Source of the DNA: Aeromonas phage AS-yj
Reading direction: 5' to 3' (one strand)
DNA length: 24,000 bases
Sequence record: MF498774.1
Part shown: in pieces, positions 6,902 to 16,204 of the stretch
Layout: every line of letters starts with the position of its first letter
Position numbering within the stretch: position 1 is the stretch's first letter
The notes under the pieces: model-generated
Databases searched by the model: none
What the model was told of the DNA's origin: nothing
What the model saw: the letters and a program-made list of their open reading frames with translations, nothing else
Made by a program: the position numbers and the translations under genes

Positions 6902-7188
6902 TCTATTGCCTCACAACACACCCGACCATCGTCAATATCTTCCGGTATAAAGAGGTTTATACCATCGTTATATTTCCCATTAAATACGGTTTTTAACGTC
7001 CCGTCAGAATAAGAATAAGTTTCTAGTTTTTTATTTGATTCAAAATCATATTTCACCCCAACATCAATTTCTTCAAGATATGGTACAACTACTTTACAAG
7101 GTCCCAACTCATCTTCATTTATATACCTGATCATTTCAGCTTTTTGTTCTTCCGACGCAAACCACACTTTATATTTAAACATATACAC
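6898..7188 (-). CDS. Hypothetical protein (96 aa), possible member of a small paralogous family
   Basis: N-terminus YKVWFASEEQKAEM resembles the N-termini of ORFs 12072 and 12359. Confidence 0.68.
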   Translation of the reverse strand: MYMFKYKVWFASEEQKAEMIRYINEDELGPCKVVVPYLEEIDVGVKYDFESNKKLETYSYSDGTLKTVFNGKYNDGINLFIPEDIDDGRVCCEAIE

Positions 7189-7189
7189 C

Positions 7190-7483
7190 TCAAAATTCTA
7201 AAAATCGATCAACCAATTTACCATTTTCATCACGAATACCACCCAACCCTTTATTGATCAGATGGATATCACCAGTATACTTAACAACTCTGTCATAGTC
7301 TCGGTTATGACGGTTGTTCAACCACATTTCATAGTACCCCTGTTCATGCTTATGAACATAGTAGAACCAACATTTCTTCTCACCTAGCTTGAACACACGA
7401 CCCAATAACAGGGTAGAACCGTTGTCCATACCGTGGACGATATAATCACCGACCACAAGCTCATTACCAAACATATCAACCAT
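7190..7483 (-). CDS. Hypothetical protein (97 aa)
   Basis: ORF with GAGGAAATAAA upstream, immediately after a terminator. Confidence 0.7.
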   Translation of the reverse strand: MVDMFGNELVVGDYIVHGMDNGSTLLLGRVFKLGEKKCWFYYVHKHEQGYYEMWLNNRHNRDYDRVVKYTGDIHLINKGLGGIRDENGKLVDRFLEF

Positions 7484-7504
7484 TTTATTTCCTCATAACG
7501 AAAA

Positions 7505-7526
7505 AGGGAACCCCGAAGGATTCCCT
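7505..7526 (-). terminator. Rho-independent terminator
   Basis: Minus strand AGGGAATCC-TTCG-GGGTTCCCT followed by TTTTTCG. Confidence 0.9.
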
Positions 7527-7537
7527 ATAGTTTACTA

Positions 7538-8491
7538 TTATTCACGAGCATTAGTCAACAGAAGTTTTGACTTAATCTTAGTGATTTGGTTCTTGCGACC
7601 ACGCCAGTGTTTACCACAGTGGGTGCATTTATATTGTTTGAACTTACTAACTTCGGTATACGCGAACCCGGCATCTTCAAACTCATGATTTCCACATACG
7701 CAAGTGAATTTGTCTGAATCTGTATAAAGAGAGAAGTTCGGAAGACGATCCGACCATGGAGCCAATTTAACATATAGTTCTTGGAGAGATACGATATCAT
7801 CAATATTATATTCTTCCATCTCTTTCCAAGCTTCGATATTACCAGCCAAGCATTCTTTCCACAATTCAAAACCGGGGAATTGAGTATGTTTAGATTTCTT
7901 GGTTTCTGTGCATAGCTTATCGGTCATATATTCCAGCTTGTTGGAAGTAAAACCAAACGTGCGTTTTGCGATCTCAAGAGTATCAATATGCTTCACGGTA
8001 GAGAACGGTTTCATACCATGAACGATCATACGACTGCGAATTTTTGGAATATCAAACCGACGACCATTCTGATGAAGAACGATATCAGCTTCGTCAAGAA
8101 GCTCCCATAGAACTTTCAGCATTTCTGAATCATCTTCGATATTTGGTGCATTTCGCTGGTCCATATAAATGATTTCATCACTGTCAAACCATTTAGCAGC
8201 AAAACTAAGCATATACCAATCGGACTCGATCATATTCAGACCAACGTTGGTCTTAAACAAGCGCCATACATGAGCCATAATCGGAGCGGTTTCAATATCC
8301 AGAACTAGAACACGGGGACCGGTTTTGATATCGTCCACAATATTGTTCTCTTCCATGAAACGCTCGTAATAATAGTTTACGGAAGATTTAGAAATACCAA
8401 GTTCTTTCGCAATTGCTCGCGAACCCATACCCTTGTTCTCTTTCATCTCGACGATCTGTGAGATGACAGTTTCGTAATTACTGATAGCCAT
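7538..8491 (-). CDS. DnaQ/RNase H-like 3'-5' exonuclease domain protein with N-terminal HTH and C-terminal zinc ribbon (317 aa)
   Basis: ExoI-like VLDIETAP, ExoII-like VLHQNGRRFDIPKIRSR, ExoIII-like YNIDDIVSL. HTH-like SRAIAKELGISKSSVNYYYERF and C-terminal CVCG...CTHCGKHWRGR. Confidence 0.8.
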   Translation of the reverse strand: MAISNYETVISQIVEMKENKGMGSRAIAKELGISKSSVNYYYERFMEENNIVDDIKTGPRVLVLDIETAPIMAHVWRLFKTNVGLNMIESDWYMLSFAAKWFDSDEIIYMDQRNAPNIEDDSEMLKVLWELLDEADIVLHQNGRRFDIPKIRSRMIVHGMKPFSTVKHIDTLEIAKRTFGFTSNKLEYMTDKLCTETKKSKHTQFPGFELWKECLAGNIEAWKEMEEYNIDDIVSLQELYVKLAPWSDRLPNFSLYTDSDKFTCVCGNHEFEDAGFAYTEVSKFKQYKCTHCGKHWRGRKNQITKIKSKLLLTNARE

Positions 8492-8576
8492 TATTTAAAG
8501 TACCTTATGTGTTTTGTTATAAACATTATATATCACAATGTACTCATGTTTTGATTTTGATTTTCTCATATGTTAA

Positions 8577-8594
8577 AAGGGGATTTCTCCCCTT
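8577..8594 (-). terminator. Rho-independent terminator downstream of rIIB
   Basis: Minus strand AAGGGGA-GAAA-TCCCCTT followed by TTAAC; 7-bp stem, GAAA loop. Confidence 0.7.
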
Positions 8595-8596
8595 AT

Positions 8597-9790
8597 TTAG
8601 AACTCGTGAGTTACGTCTGAGATTACCTCATAAGTCCAAGTACGAAGTTTCGCATTGTCGTAATCAGTTGGGATAGCAACGACGTGGGCTGGGTTGATCT
8701 TAACCATCACAACCCGGTCATTCTCACAAGATGAATAGTATGGGATGTAGTGACGAGCAGCAGCATGAAGACCCGCAGCACAAGTATTGTTTCGGTCGTC
8801 ATCTACCTCAAATGGCTCGACTCGTGGCTTAGAACCAATACTATTATCAAACGTGTGGGTGCGGATATCCTTATAATCCTCGGTAACGCGCTTGTACGCT
8901 AGGAAATGACCATCGTTGGTGATTTTGATGTCACTATGAGTCAGGAAGTCAAAAAGCTCGTATACAGCCGCACGGCGCGGATTCTGTAACAGGTTTTTCA
9001 GGAAGGTAACCATATACTCAAACTCTTCCCCGGACGCCCACATATCAATGATTCTTCGGGTCATCGATGTATCAAGAACAATATCACGATAGTAGAGTGT
9101 GTCGCCTTCAATCCGAATATCACCAGAAGAATAGGTTTTGATTGCTTCTTTGATAGAAATCAGGTTTACCGCACCGACCACATCATTGTCGCGGATCAGG
9201 AGTTGAAACGCATCTTCAAACCGTGGGTGGGATCGGTCTGCAACGTATGGGGTTCCATCAATGAAGCAGTTAATAAAGTCATAACTTGCATTCCAAGATA
9301 CCACGGGGGTATGAACCGGTTCGATTATTTCCTTCAAATGGATTGTTTTATCCGACTTCTTCTGAATTCCCTTATAGCGACGAACTACATCACCTACTGT
9401 TGAACGAGGGATACCAGTTTGACGGGAAATTTCGTTTTGGCTGATTCCGAGATTATGAAGTCGGATAATTTTATCATCACGACTTTCTTCGACTTTATTT
9501 TCAGAATAATCATGTACATCAAATTGCAAATCGATTTTATTAGTCCCAACCATCAATTTAATCAATTCTTTAATTGTAAGGGCTTCCCATCCTTCAAGTA
9601 CATCGAGATCGCCAAGATCTATATCAAGTTCTTCCTCGATATACATAACAAGTTCTACAACATCGAGATCGTCTAGGTTGTAATATGCAAAAGTTCTGTT
9701 GTTGTCAAGTTCTTTTACTTTATAACCGGTTACATCGTAAATACCGCTACGAATCAATGCTTCAAGTTTTTCAATATGGATAGTTTCCAT
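8597..9790 (-). CDS. rIIB: rIIB-like protein (397 aa)
   Basis: HTH IIRLHNLGISQNEISRQTGIPRSTVGDVVRRY, WNASYDFI, and FLKNLLQNPRRAAVYELFDFLTHSDIKITNDGHFLAYKRV match the T4 rIIB family. Lies directly downstream of rIIA. Confidence 0.87.
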   Translation of the reverse strand: METIHIEKLEALIRSGIYDVTGYKVKELDNNRTFAYYNLDDLDVVELVMYIEEELDIDLGDLDVLEGWEALTIKELIKLMVGTNKIDLQFDVHDYSENKVEESRDDKIIRLHNLGISQNEISRQTGIPRSTVGDVVRRYKGIQKKSDKTIHLKEIIEPVHTPVVSWNASYDFINCFIDGTPYVADRSHPRFEDAFQLLIRDNDVVGAVNLISIKEAIKTYSSGDIRIEGDTLYYRDIVLDTSMTRRIIDMWASGEEFEYMVTFLKNLLQNPRRAAVYELFDFLTHSDIKITNDGHFLAYKRVTEDYKDIRTHTFDNSIGSKPRVEPFEVDDDRNNTCAAGLHAAARHYIPYYSSCENDRVVMVKINPAHVVAIPTDYDNAKLRTWTYEVISDVTHEF

Positions 9791-9806
9791 TTTATTTCCT
9801 CATTAA

Positions 9807-9826
9807 AAAGGGGCTTACACCCCTTT
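9807..9826 (-). terminator. Terminator/attenuator-like hairpin between rIIA and rIIB
   Basis: Minus strand AAAGGGG-TGTAAG-CCCCTTT then TT; the rIIA stop TAA (9815-9817) is in the loop. Confidence 0.7.
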
Positions 9827-12049
9827 GTAGTTTTCCATAATAAGTTTAGTTGCAAGTTCGAACTCTTCGTTTTTTACACAACTATAATTTTTCTTCAACC
9901 TAAGAATCGCACATTCCATGGGGAATTGCTTTTTCATTTCGTCATAAAAATTATGATATACATCATACATACTCTGACGATGGTTTTCAACAACATCGGT
10001 ATAAACTTGATATTCATGTTCAGTCAAATATTCTTGAGCATGAACATAAATATTACCAAGATCATGATCCCAATCACCGGATTCCGAGATACCAAAATAG
10101 TCCTTCATTTCCCGAGTAATTTCCATATCGACCCTTGGCTTATCAGACCTATTGATATTCCAACCAATTTTATTACCCTTTAAATTGTTATTGAGATATT
10201 CAACAAGTTTACCTTTGATCATTTCCTTTGTAATGAGAGTCAAATTCTCATTCATGTTAGCCCGTCGTTCAAGGGTTTTCGGAAATGCATACAACGTTGT
10301 ATCAAACATCTCAGATAACCAACTTTGAAGTCCATCTGTAACTTCATGACCATCAACAACAATATATTCGCCAGAACGAAGACCATACAGCCCACTAAGC
10401 TCGTGTACATCCTTGGCAAGGAAATTGCCAGTACTGCGATACCCTTTATTATAATAATGCGAGTTGTCTGGTTTGTAACGTGGAGTTTTAGCCCTATTCC
10501 GCTGTGCTTCTAAACGACGTTGGCGCTTCTCTTCTGCTTCTTTCTCTTCAATTTCTTGAACGTGCTTATCATACAATTTCTCGACATGAAAAACATCGAT
10601 GTCGTCTTTGTGGTAACGCTTCGCAATCTGGATAAAGAGATTTCGAGTTACATTCTTGAACGGTTTGCGAGAATAAGGGTAATCGCTCATAACAACAACC
10701 CGTTCATTAGGAATGATACCATACTTCATAAGAAGCTTGATCCTTACCTTCCACTTACCATCCATATTAGACAGAAGGATTGGGAATGGATATCGCTTAT
10801 TCTTTACTGACGGCATGAAATAGTCATTAAACTCGATTTTACGAGACGACCCGTAATATCTTGCACGTTCAAGATTCCAAACATTTCGCACCGCATTACT
10901 AAATGTATCGATATAAACGAAATTTTTGTTTTTATAACTGTAATCCACACAGAAATCTTTAAACAAAGACCATTCTTTCGAAGATGTAATACTTTCGTAG
11001 AAGAAGCGCCAATCTTGAAGAGACTTGCCGTTATGGTCAATAGTCTTTGATACTTTGTTAAAGATATGCTCGCCAAAATCCATAGACAAAATAGCATGAA
11101 TTTTACTTCGGGCATCCTTTCCATGTTCAGAAACCTTTTTATTGACTTCATCAATAACTTGGTCCGATTGGGATTTAAAATAAGAATTCAGTGTATTCAG
11201 TGTGTGTTTATCAAGACTCAATTCTTCCCGGTTCGGGAGAGGATTGAGAGACCCAACAGGAAAATCGATAAAGTTATATGAATTATTAAAGAATACCGAA
11301 CAAACCTCATTTTCGTAAAGCTTTGCTGGGATCTTGTAAGAAACACCACCCATAACAGCATATACGCCATTATCCATGATGGAACCATAGTAACCAGATG
11401 ACTTGTAGTTAGTCAACTCGAAATTCTGATTGATGATGTTTGGATAAAATCCATCTTTATCAAATGTGTGGTACACCACCCGAGCTTCATTCCGAACTTC
11501 GGTAATATCATCTTGATCGATAGGGATTACGATTTCGATACCTGTGGGCTCGTCTGACGGTTCTTCGAAGATGGGGACACACTTTGGTATACCGTTGTTC
11601 ATGAAGATGCTATAGACGGTTTTGAGACCCTTACACCACGATGTTACAGTGAATGTTGTTGTGTAGCAGAACGGACTTTTAGAACCAAGACCAAATGCAC
11701 CGATAAAATCGTCAGAATCTTCCTTGGTTGATGCAAAATATGTGGTGAACAAGTTGAAAATACCATCCTTGTCCATACCAATACCATAATCGCGGAGTCT
11801 CCATTGCAAATTAATATCAGACGGAAGCTCTACATCAAAATATTTCGGTGGGGTTCCACCAATCTTTTCCAATGCAATGTGACCATCGATTGCGTTACAG
11901 CTCAATTCACGAATGAAAGCTCGGATCTTGAATTTATAAAGCCCAGAACTAAGAATGGTATAAGCTTTTTCATCAAACTTCATACCAAAATCGCGGGACT
12001 CTTCCATAACAGTCCCAAATACAGGTTGTTTATTTGTAACAATTTTCAT
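9815..12049 (-). CDS. rIIA: rIIA-like protein with GHKL-type ATPase domain (744 aa)
   Basis: LRDYGIGMDKDGIFNLFTTYFASTKEDSDDFIGAFGLGSKSPFCYT matches T4 rIIA family GHKL motifs; adjacent to rIIB. Confidence 0.92.
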   Translation of the reverse strand: MKIVTNKQPVFGTVMEESRDFGMKFDEKAYTILSSGLYKFKIRAFIRELSCNAIDGHIALEKIGGTPPKYFDVELPSDINLQWRLRDYGIGMDKDGIFNLFTTYFASTKEDSDDFIGAFGLGSKSPFCYTTTFTVTSWCKGLKTVYSIFMNNGIPKCVPIFEEPSDEPTGIEIVIPIDQDDITEVRNEARVVYHTFDKDGFYPNIINQNFELTNYKSSGYYGSIMDNGVYAVMGGVSYKIPAKLYENEVCSVFFNNSYNFIDFPVGSLNPLPNREELSLDKHTLNTLNSYFKSQSDQVIDEVNKKVSEHGKDARSKIHAILSMDFGEHIFNKVSKTIDHNGKSLQDWRFFYESITSSKEWSLFKDFCVDYSYKNKNFVYIDTFSNAVRNVWNLERARYYGSSRKIEFNDYFMPSVKNKRYPFPILLSNMDGKWKVRIKLLMKYGIIPNERVVVMSDYPYSRKPFKNVTRNLFIQIAKRYHKDDIDVFHVEKLYDKHVQEIEEKEAEEKRQRRLEAQRNRAKTPRYKPDNSHYYNKGYRSTGNFLAKDVHELSGLYGLRSGEYIVVDGHEVTDGLQSWLSEMFDTTLYAFPKTLERRANMNENLTLITKEMIKGKLVEYLNNNLKGNKIGWNINRSDKPRVDMEITREMKDYFGISESGDWDHDLGNIYVHAQEYLTEHEYQVYTDVVENHRQSMYDVYHNFYDEMKKQFPMECAILRLKKNYSCVKNEEFELATKLIMENYKGV

Positions 12050-12071
12050 AATGTATTTCTCATTTAACCTT

Positions 12072-12359
12072 TTAAACTACTTCGAGATAATGATGTACGT
12101 CTTCTGGGTAGAAGTGGAACAGAAGCGGTTTACCGATATGGATGACTTCTGCGATTCCAAAATTCCCGTCGTCGTCTTCGATTAGGATACAATACTGATG
12201 GTCTTCTGTTTCGTCAACATAAAATTCGTCAATACCTTCCATATCCAAGAATTTACAGATGGATTCGTTGTAGTTGAATTCCATCTCATCTTCAAAATCC
12301 CACGAAGAATTCAGAAATTCCTGTTTATGGTTCTCACTTTTAAACCGGTATTTGTTCAT
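12072..12359 (-). CDS. Small hypothetical protein (95 aa), paralog of the neighbouring ORF
   Basis: MNKYRFKSENHKQEFLNSSWDFEDEMEF...; overlaps its upstream neighbour by 1 nt. Confidence 0.75.
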   Translation of the reverse strand: MNKYRFKSENHKQEFLNSSWDFEDEMEFNYNESICKFLDMEGIDEFYVDETEDHQYCILIEDDDGNFGIAEVIHIGKPLLFHFYPEDVHHYLEVV

Positions 12360-12631
12360 TATTCAATCTCCACAAGATAGTTTTCGATGTCAGCTTGGCT
12401 GAAATGATAGATCAAGTCTTTCAGTTCATCGGGAGTTTCTTCTAAATCGATAACGTATTTTTCATCAGGTACAAACGGCACAAGTTCAAATTCGTCACGA
12501 CCAGTCTTTTTAAGAAAATCAACGATTAACTTGTTTGAGTTAATACCATCCTCTTCAAATTCGTGAAAAACCTCACCAACAGAAATGAACTCTTCTTTTT
12601 CATAGTCACTTCGGAATTTGTACATACTCAT
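12359..12631 (-). CDS. Small hypothetical protein (90 aa), paralog of the neighbouring ORF
   Basis: MSMYKFRSDYEKEEFISVGEVFHEFEEDG...; similar N-terminus and length to 12072..12359. Confidence 0.75.
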   Translation of the reverse strand: MSMYKFRSDYEKEEFISVGEVFHEFEEDGINSNKLIVDFLKKTGRDEFELVPFVPDEKYVIDLEETPDELKDLIYHFSQADIENYLVEIE

Positions 12632-12954
12632 TTTTTAACCTCATAGTCAAGATATAGATCTAACCAGTCGAGTGCAAGCTTATCAATGTCAACATCATAA
12701 CCCATAACCAGTTTCCAATCAACAGTTTTCTTTGTGATTGTAGAACATGTTTTTATTGCGTTGAGAAGCTTCATATTTTCTTTTATAACCTCTTCGATAG
12801 GTTCTATACCATCTTCTTTACACCATTCAAGCCAGTATTCTACACTTTCTTCAAACCACCCTACAAGCTTTTCACGGATAAACCACACGGTGGATTTGTC
12901 TCCAATTGAGATTGTAGGTCTTACTGAGTGAGCGATATCATTTAGGTTAGCCAT
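12628..12954 (-). CDS. Hypothetical protein (108 aa)
   Basis: Start MANLNDIAHSVRPT with GAGGAATAATT upstream. The longer track start (13068) would read through a strong terminator into gene 39. Confidence 0.75.
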   Translation of the reverse strand: MANLNDIAHSVRPTISIGDKSTVWFIREKLVGWFEESVEYWLEWCKEDGIEPIEEVIKENMKLLNAIKTCSTITKKTVDWKLVMGYDVDIDKLALDWLDLYLDYEVKK

Positions 12955-12995
12955 AATTATTCCTCTATTTTCCACTATTATACACAATAAAAAAG

Positions 12996-13022
12996 AAAAG
13001 GGAACCCCATCGGTTCCCTTTT
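12996..13022 (-). terminator. Rho-independent terminator (bidirectional-looking) after the topoisomerase gene
   Basis: AAAAGGGAACC (12996-13006), 5-nt loop, GGTTCCCTTTT (13012-13022). 11-bp perfect stem. Confidence 0.9.
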
Positions 13023-13024
13023 TG

Positions 13025-15028
13025 TTAATCATCCATCCACACCTTACGAAGGTCCGATTCGGTTCCAAAGAACATTTCTAACGCATCTGCTGCTTGTTCA
13101 TCAACCCGAACAACCTCCATATAAGGATCTCGAATACATTTCTTGTAGTCAGCTCGGTCTAACTGACCCAGACCCTTAACGTGTTCATGCTTCCACCCAG
13201 AACCCTTGAACGTCTTGGAGTGAAATTCTACCGTATCATAACTCCAAACGGTTTCTTTCCCGTTTCGACTAATGAATTCCGGGGTACGGCATACCAACAA
13301 ACGACCTTGATCAATAAAGTGTTTCCAGTACTTATGGAACAACGAGATTATCAGGTTACTGATATGTCCTCGTCCATCTGGATCCGCATCTACCAAGATA
13401 GCAACATAATCATAATTTGCCTTGGTGTTACGTCGAACCCCTTTTTGACCACGATATTTTAACATATCAGGCTGTAGAGTTTGTTCCCAATCCTTACCGG
13501 TTACAATACCACGAGTTTCAACCCATTTACCATTTACCAACATTTCATCATTTTCTGCAACAATGAAACCATCTTTATTTACAAAGAAATCTCCTGATGG
13601 TAGCTCTTTTGTATCATCTAGAGTCATACCAAGAATTGAAATAATATTGGCAATCTCTTTGTTGGCAATTACCTTTACCTTTTCGCATTTATGAACAGAT
13701 AGAAGTTTACCCTTCAACGGGAATCCACCCTGAGTGTCGTGGTCGCGAGTTATACCCAGTGGGCCACTTGCAGAATCACCCTCGGTCAAGAACAGAGTGG
13801 TTTCAAACCCTTTCTTTCCATATTTGTTCGCTTGGATATGTTTTGGTACGTTGGCAGTTAAAGCCTTCTTTTGTGCTTTTGTCGCTAGTGCCTTTTCCAC
13901 CGCATCCCGTTTTGCAATTGCACTCTCTACAATTGGCATGATAACAGAATCGTTGGATATCATCTTTTTGGCTATGGACTTGATATCGATCCCGCAGTGA
14001 TCCTTGATCTGACCGTTGGAATTACTCAACCGTTCTTTAGTTTGTCCGTCAAATTTGGCACCCTCAAAGCCACGAAGAGAAAGGAACAGCAAAGTGTTTT
14101 CCTTGATACGGGCTTTGTTAATCTCGACCTTAAACTTACGCTTGATCATGGGGGTCAATTCATCACATAGACTGTTTATCAGATATTCAACGTGGTTACC
14201 ACCCTGCTTAGTGTGAACCCCGTTAACATAACTCAGTTGACGGAATTCATCTGATGTACCGATAAAGAACGAACAATTCTCATTTTCAAAGATAACAGGA
14301 TCCCCAAAGTCACTAGCAAATTTCTTGAACTTGGAATCTACTTTTTTCTTATTGAATGTGAATTTTACTTGTGGGAACAAAACAGAAAGGATTTCTACCC
14401 GAGAACGGATAACATCAACTACATCAGGGGGCATACCGCCAAAGATGTTAAATTTATCAAGAAGATCTGGAATAAACTCAACAGTTGTACCCTGAGTACC
14501 ACCTTTTTTCTTGGTATAGGATTGGTGTTCTGCATTTTGTGTACAATAGATTGTGACCGTATTTTTCCCATCACAAGTTGTCGCACGGAACATTGTAGAG
14601 TATAGGTTGGTCAATACCGAACCAACACCATTTTTACCGATACCCTTACGATCAGCCGAGAAGTTACCACCGGAACGGGCTCGGGTGTAACAAGCTTGTG
14701 GATATGGGATGGTTTCGCCTTCCGGGGTCTTTACGTCATATTGTGGGATACCACGACCATTATCAGAAATGGATACCTGATTTGTCTGATCATCAACAAT
14801 AATATCAATTTTATTAGCAAATTTGAAATCAGTACGAATAGCTTCATCAACTGAGTTGTCGATAATTTCATCGATAATTTTAACCAAACCCGGAATGTAT
14901 TGCTTTTCTACAAAATTCCCATCAACCAACACTAAATGGGTTTCTTCCGAAAGCGACCCAACATACATATCACTATTGAGGAAAATATGTTCGTAATCAC
15001 TTAGGATTTTACCTTCTTGTTCTTTCAT
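13025..15028 (-). CDS. 39: Type II DNA topoisomerase large subunit, unsplit gp39/gp60 type (667 aa)
   Basis: GHKL motif ISDNGRGIPQYDV; TOPRIM motifs FLTEGDSASGPL and ILVDADPDGRGHI in one continuous frame. Confidence 0.95.
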   Translation of the reverse strand: MKEQEGKILSDYEHIFLNSDMYVGSLSEETHLVLVDGNFVEKQYIPGLVKIIDEIIDNSVDEAIRTDFKFANKIDIIVDDQTNQVSISDNGRGIPQYDVKTPEGETIPYPQACYTRARSGGNFSADRKGIGKNGVGSVLTNLYSTMFRATTCDGKNTVTIYCTQNAEHQSYTKKKGGTQGTTVEFIPDLLDKFNIFGGMPPDVVDVIRSRVEILSVLFPQVKFTFNKKKVDSKFKKFASDFGDPVIFENENCSFFIGTSDEFRQLSYVNGVHTKQGGNHVEYLINSLCDELTPMIKRKFKVEINKARIKENTLLFLSLRGFEGAKFDGQTKERLSNSNGQIKDHCGIDIKSIAKKMISNDSVIMPIVESAIAKRDAVEKALATKAQKKALTANVPKHIQANKYGKKGFETTLFLTEGDSASGPLGITRDHDTQGGFPLKGKLLSVHKCEKVKVIANKEIANIISILGMTLDDTKELPSGDFFVNKDGFIVAENDEMLVNGKWVETRGIVTGKDWEQTLQPDMLKYRGQKGVRRNTKANYDYVAILVDADPDGRGHISNLIISLFHKYWKHFIDQGRLLVCRTPEFISRNGKETVWSYDTVEFHSKTFKGSGWKHEHVKGLGQLDRADYKKCIRDPYMEVVRVDEQAADALEMFFGTESDLRKVWMDD

Positions 15029-15045
15029 TTATACCTCAATGATAA

Positions 15046-15063
15046 AAGGGGACGAATCCCCTT
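15046..15063 (-). terminator. Rho-independent terminator upstream of gene 39
   Basis: Minus strand AAGGGGA-TTCG-TCCCCTT followed by TTATC. Overlaps the stop codon of ORF 15062..15370. Confidence 0.75.
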
Positions 15064-15370
15064 ATAAACCTTTTTCTATAGAATATAACGTATCTTTACT
15101 GGTTGTGAATTTTATTTTCGTAGCCATGTAATGAATACGGTTTGAACCGATCTTAAGATAGTGTCGATGCCGCTCCATTGATGGGTGAACAAGGTCCGGA
15201 ACTACAGAAACCATATCATTAACGGAAGTTAGATCTATGAATCGCTCAAACGTAATATATTCTTCTTGAGAAGGGTTTAAGAAACCCCCCGGTTTAATTC
15301 TGGTTTGATAATCAACATTGACATCAACCCATGGATTGTTGAATGGGTTTAGATCACTCGCTCCCATCAT
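15062..15370 (-). CDS. Hypothetical protein (102 aa)
   Basis: ORF in the operon; overlaps its upstream neighbour. Confidence 0.7.
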   Translation of the reverse strand: MMGASDLNPFNNPWVDVNVDYQTRIKPGGFLNPSQEEYITFERFIDLTSVNDMVSVVPDLVHPSMERHRHYLKIGSNRIHYMATKIKFTTSKDTLYSIEKGL

Positions 15371-15545
15371 CCACCTCGACGAATCGAACGGTCACGTTAT
15401 CAGTGCAATCCATCTGCGCAACCAGCTCACCATCCAGATAATACGCTTGAGTATACCCTTCCGGGTCGTATGATGAGCGCATTACAACACCCTCTTGGTT
15501 AACGATGGATTCAAATTCTTCGATAGACAGATATTTAATAGCCAT
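15354..15545 (-). CDS. Hypothetical protein (63 aa)
   Basis: ORF immediately downstream of the dexA-like gene; start preceded by TGAGGTAATTGAA. Confidence 0.7.
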   Translation of the reverse strand: MAIKYLSIEEFESIVNQEGVVMRSSYDPEGYTQAYYLDGELVAQMDCTDNVTVRFVEVDDGSE

Positions 15546-15550
15546 TTCAA

Positions 15551-16204
15551 TTACCTCATTGAGTTAGGGTCTACGTCAGTCGGAATATCTTCCAGACCAT
15601 ACGCATATCGTTTTGAATAGATTAACATAAGAATGTCACGAGCGCAATCATGAAGTGAGTTATGTTTTACGAAACCCGGAAGACTCCCGTTAGGAAGGGG
15701 GCAATACGTAACATCGCGATCCATGTTTGCTTCGATTGCGGTTCTCACTTCACGGAAGTTATTGAACATCACAGGCATAGCAGCAGAAATATCGTCGTCT
15801 GCTAGATCCATAGCATCACAATACCAACTACGGAACCAAATGATATCCATTTCCCCACGAGTCCATATATGGGACTTCTTAAACTCGACCCCGGTTTCCA
15901 CAAACCAATCTTTGATGTCCATATATCCATCATATAGGGTCATATCGTCGCTGGATGGCTTCAAGAGAGATTTCGCTTCATCCCCCTGAGATTTCCACCA
16001 TTCCACAGTGGAAGCACTTACACGACGTCCTAGGGCCTTCTGATGTTTCAGATCGAATTTAATTTTCTTTCCGGATTCAACCAGACTTCGAAATGTAGGT
16101 GGATTTTCAATATCCATTTTGAATGGTATCACAGAAAATTCAACTAAGGTAGCTTTTTCTACCGTATTCAAAGTCTCAAAGTCAGTAATATAATCGGTAA
16201 CCAT
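15551..16204 (-). CDS. dexA: DexA-like 3'-5' exonuclease A (217 aa)
   Basis: DFETL..., STVEWWKSQGDEAK, DVTYCPLPNGSLPGFVKHNSLHDCARDILMLIYSKRYAYGLED closely match T4 DexA. Confidence 0.9.
   Translation of the reverse strand: MVTDYITDFETLNTVEKATLVEFSVIPFKMDIENPPTFRSLVESGKKIKFDLKHQKALGRRVSASTVEWWKSQGDEAKSLLKPSSDDMTLYDGYMDIKDWFVETGVEFKKSHIWTRGEMDIIWFRSWYCDAMDLADDDISAAMPVMFNNFREVRTAIEANMDRDVTYCPLPNGSLPGFVKHNSLHDCARDILMLIYSKRYAYGLEDIPTDVDPNSMR

Noticed and set aside
10804-11154. 116-aa minus ORF within rIIA
   Set aside because: Alternative frame nested in rIIA without RBS; rIIA motifs continue through it in the main frame.
9776-12067. Plus-strand ORFs across rIIA (9776, 10325, 10520, 11066, 11804)
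   Set aside because: All antisense to a well-supported rIIA frame; no independent coding evidence.
12955-13068. N-terminal extension of ORF 12628
   Set aside because: Would overlap gene 39 and span its terminator; an internal ATG at 12954 has a good RBS.
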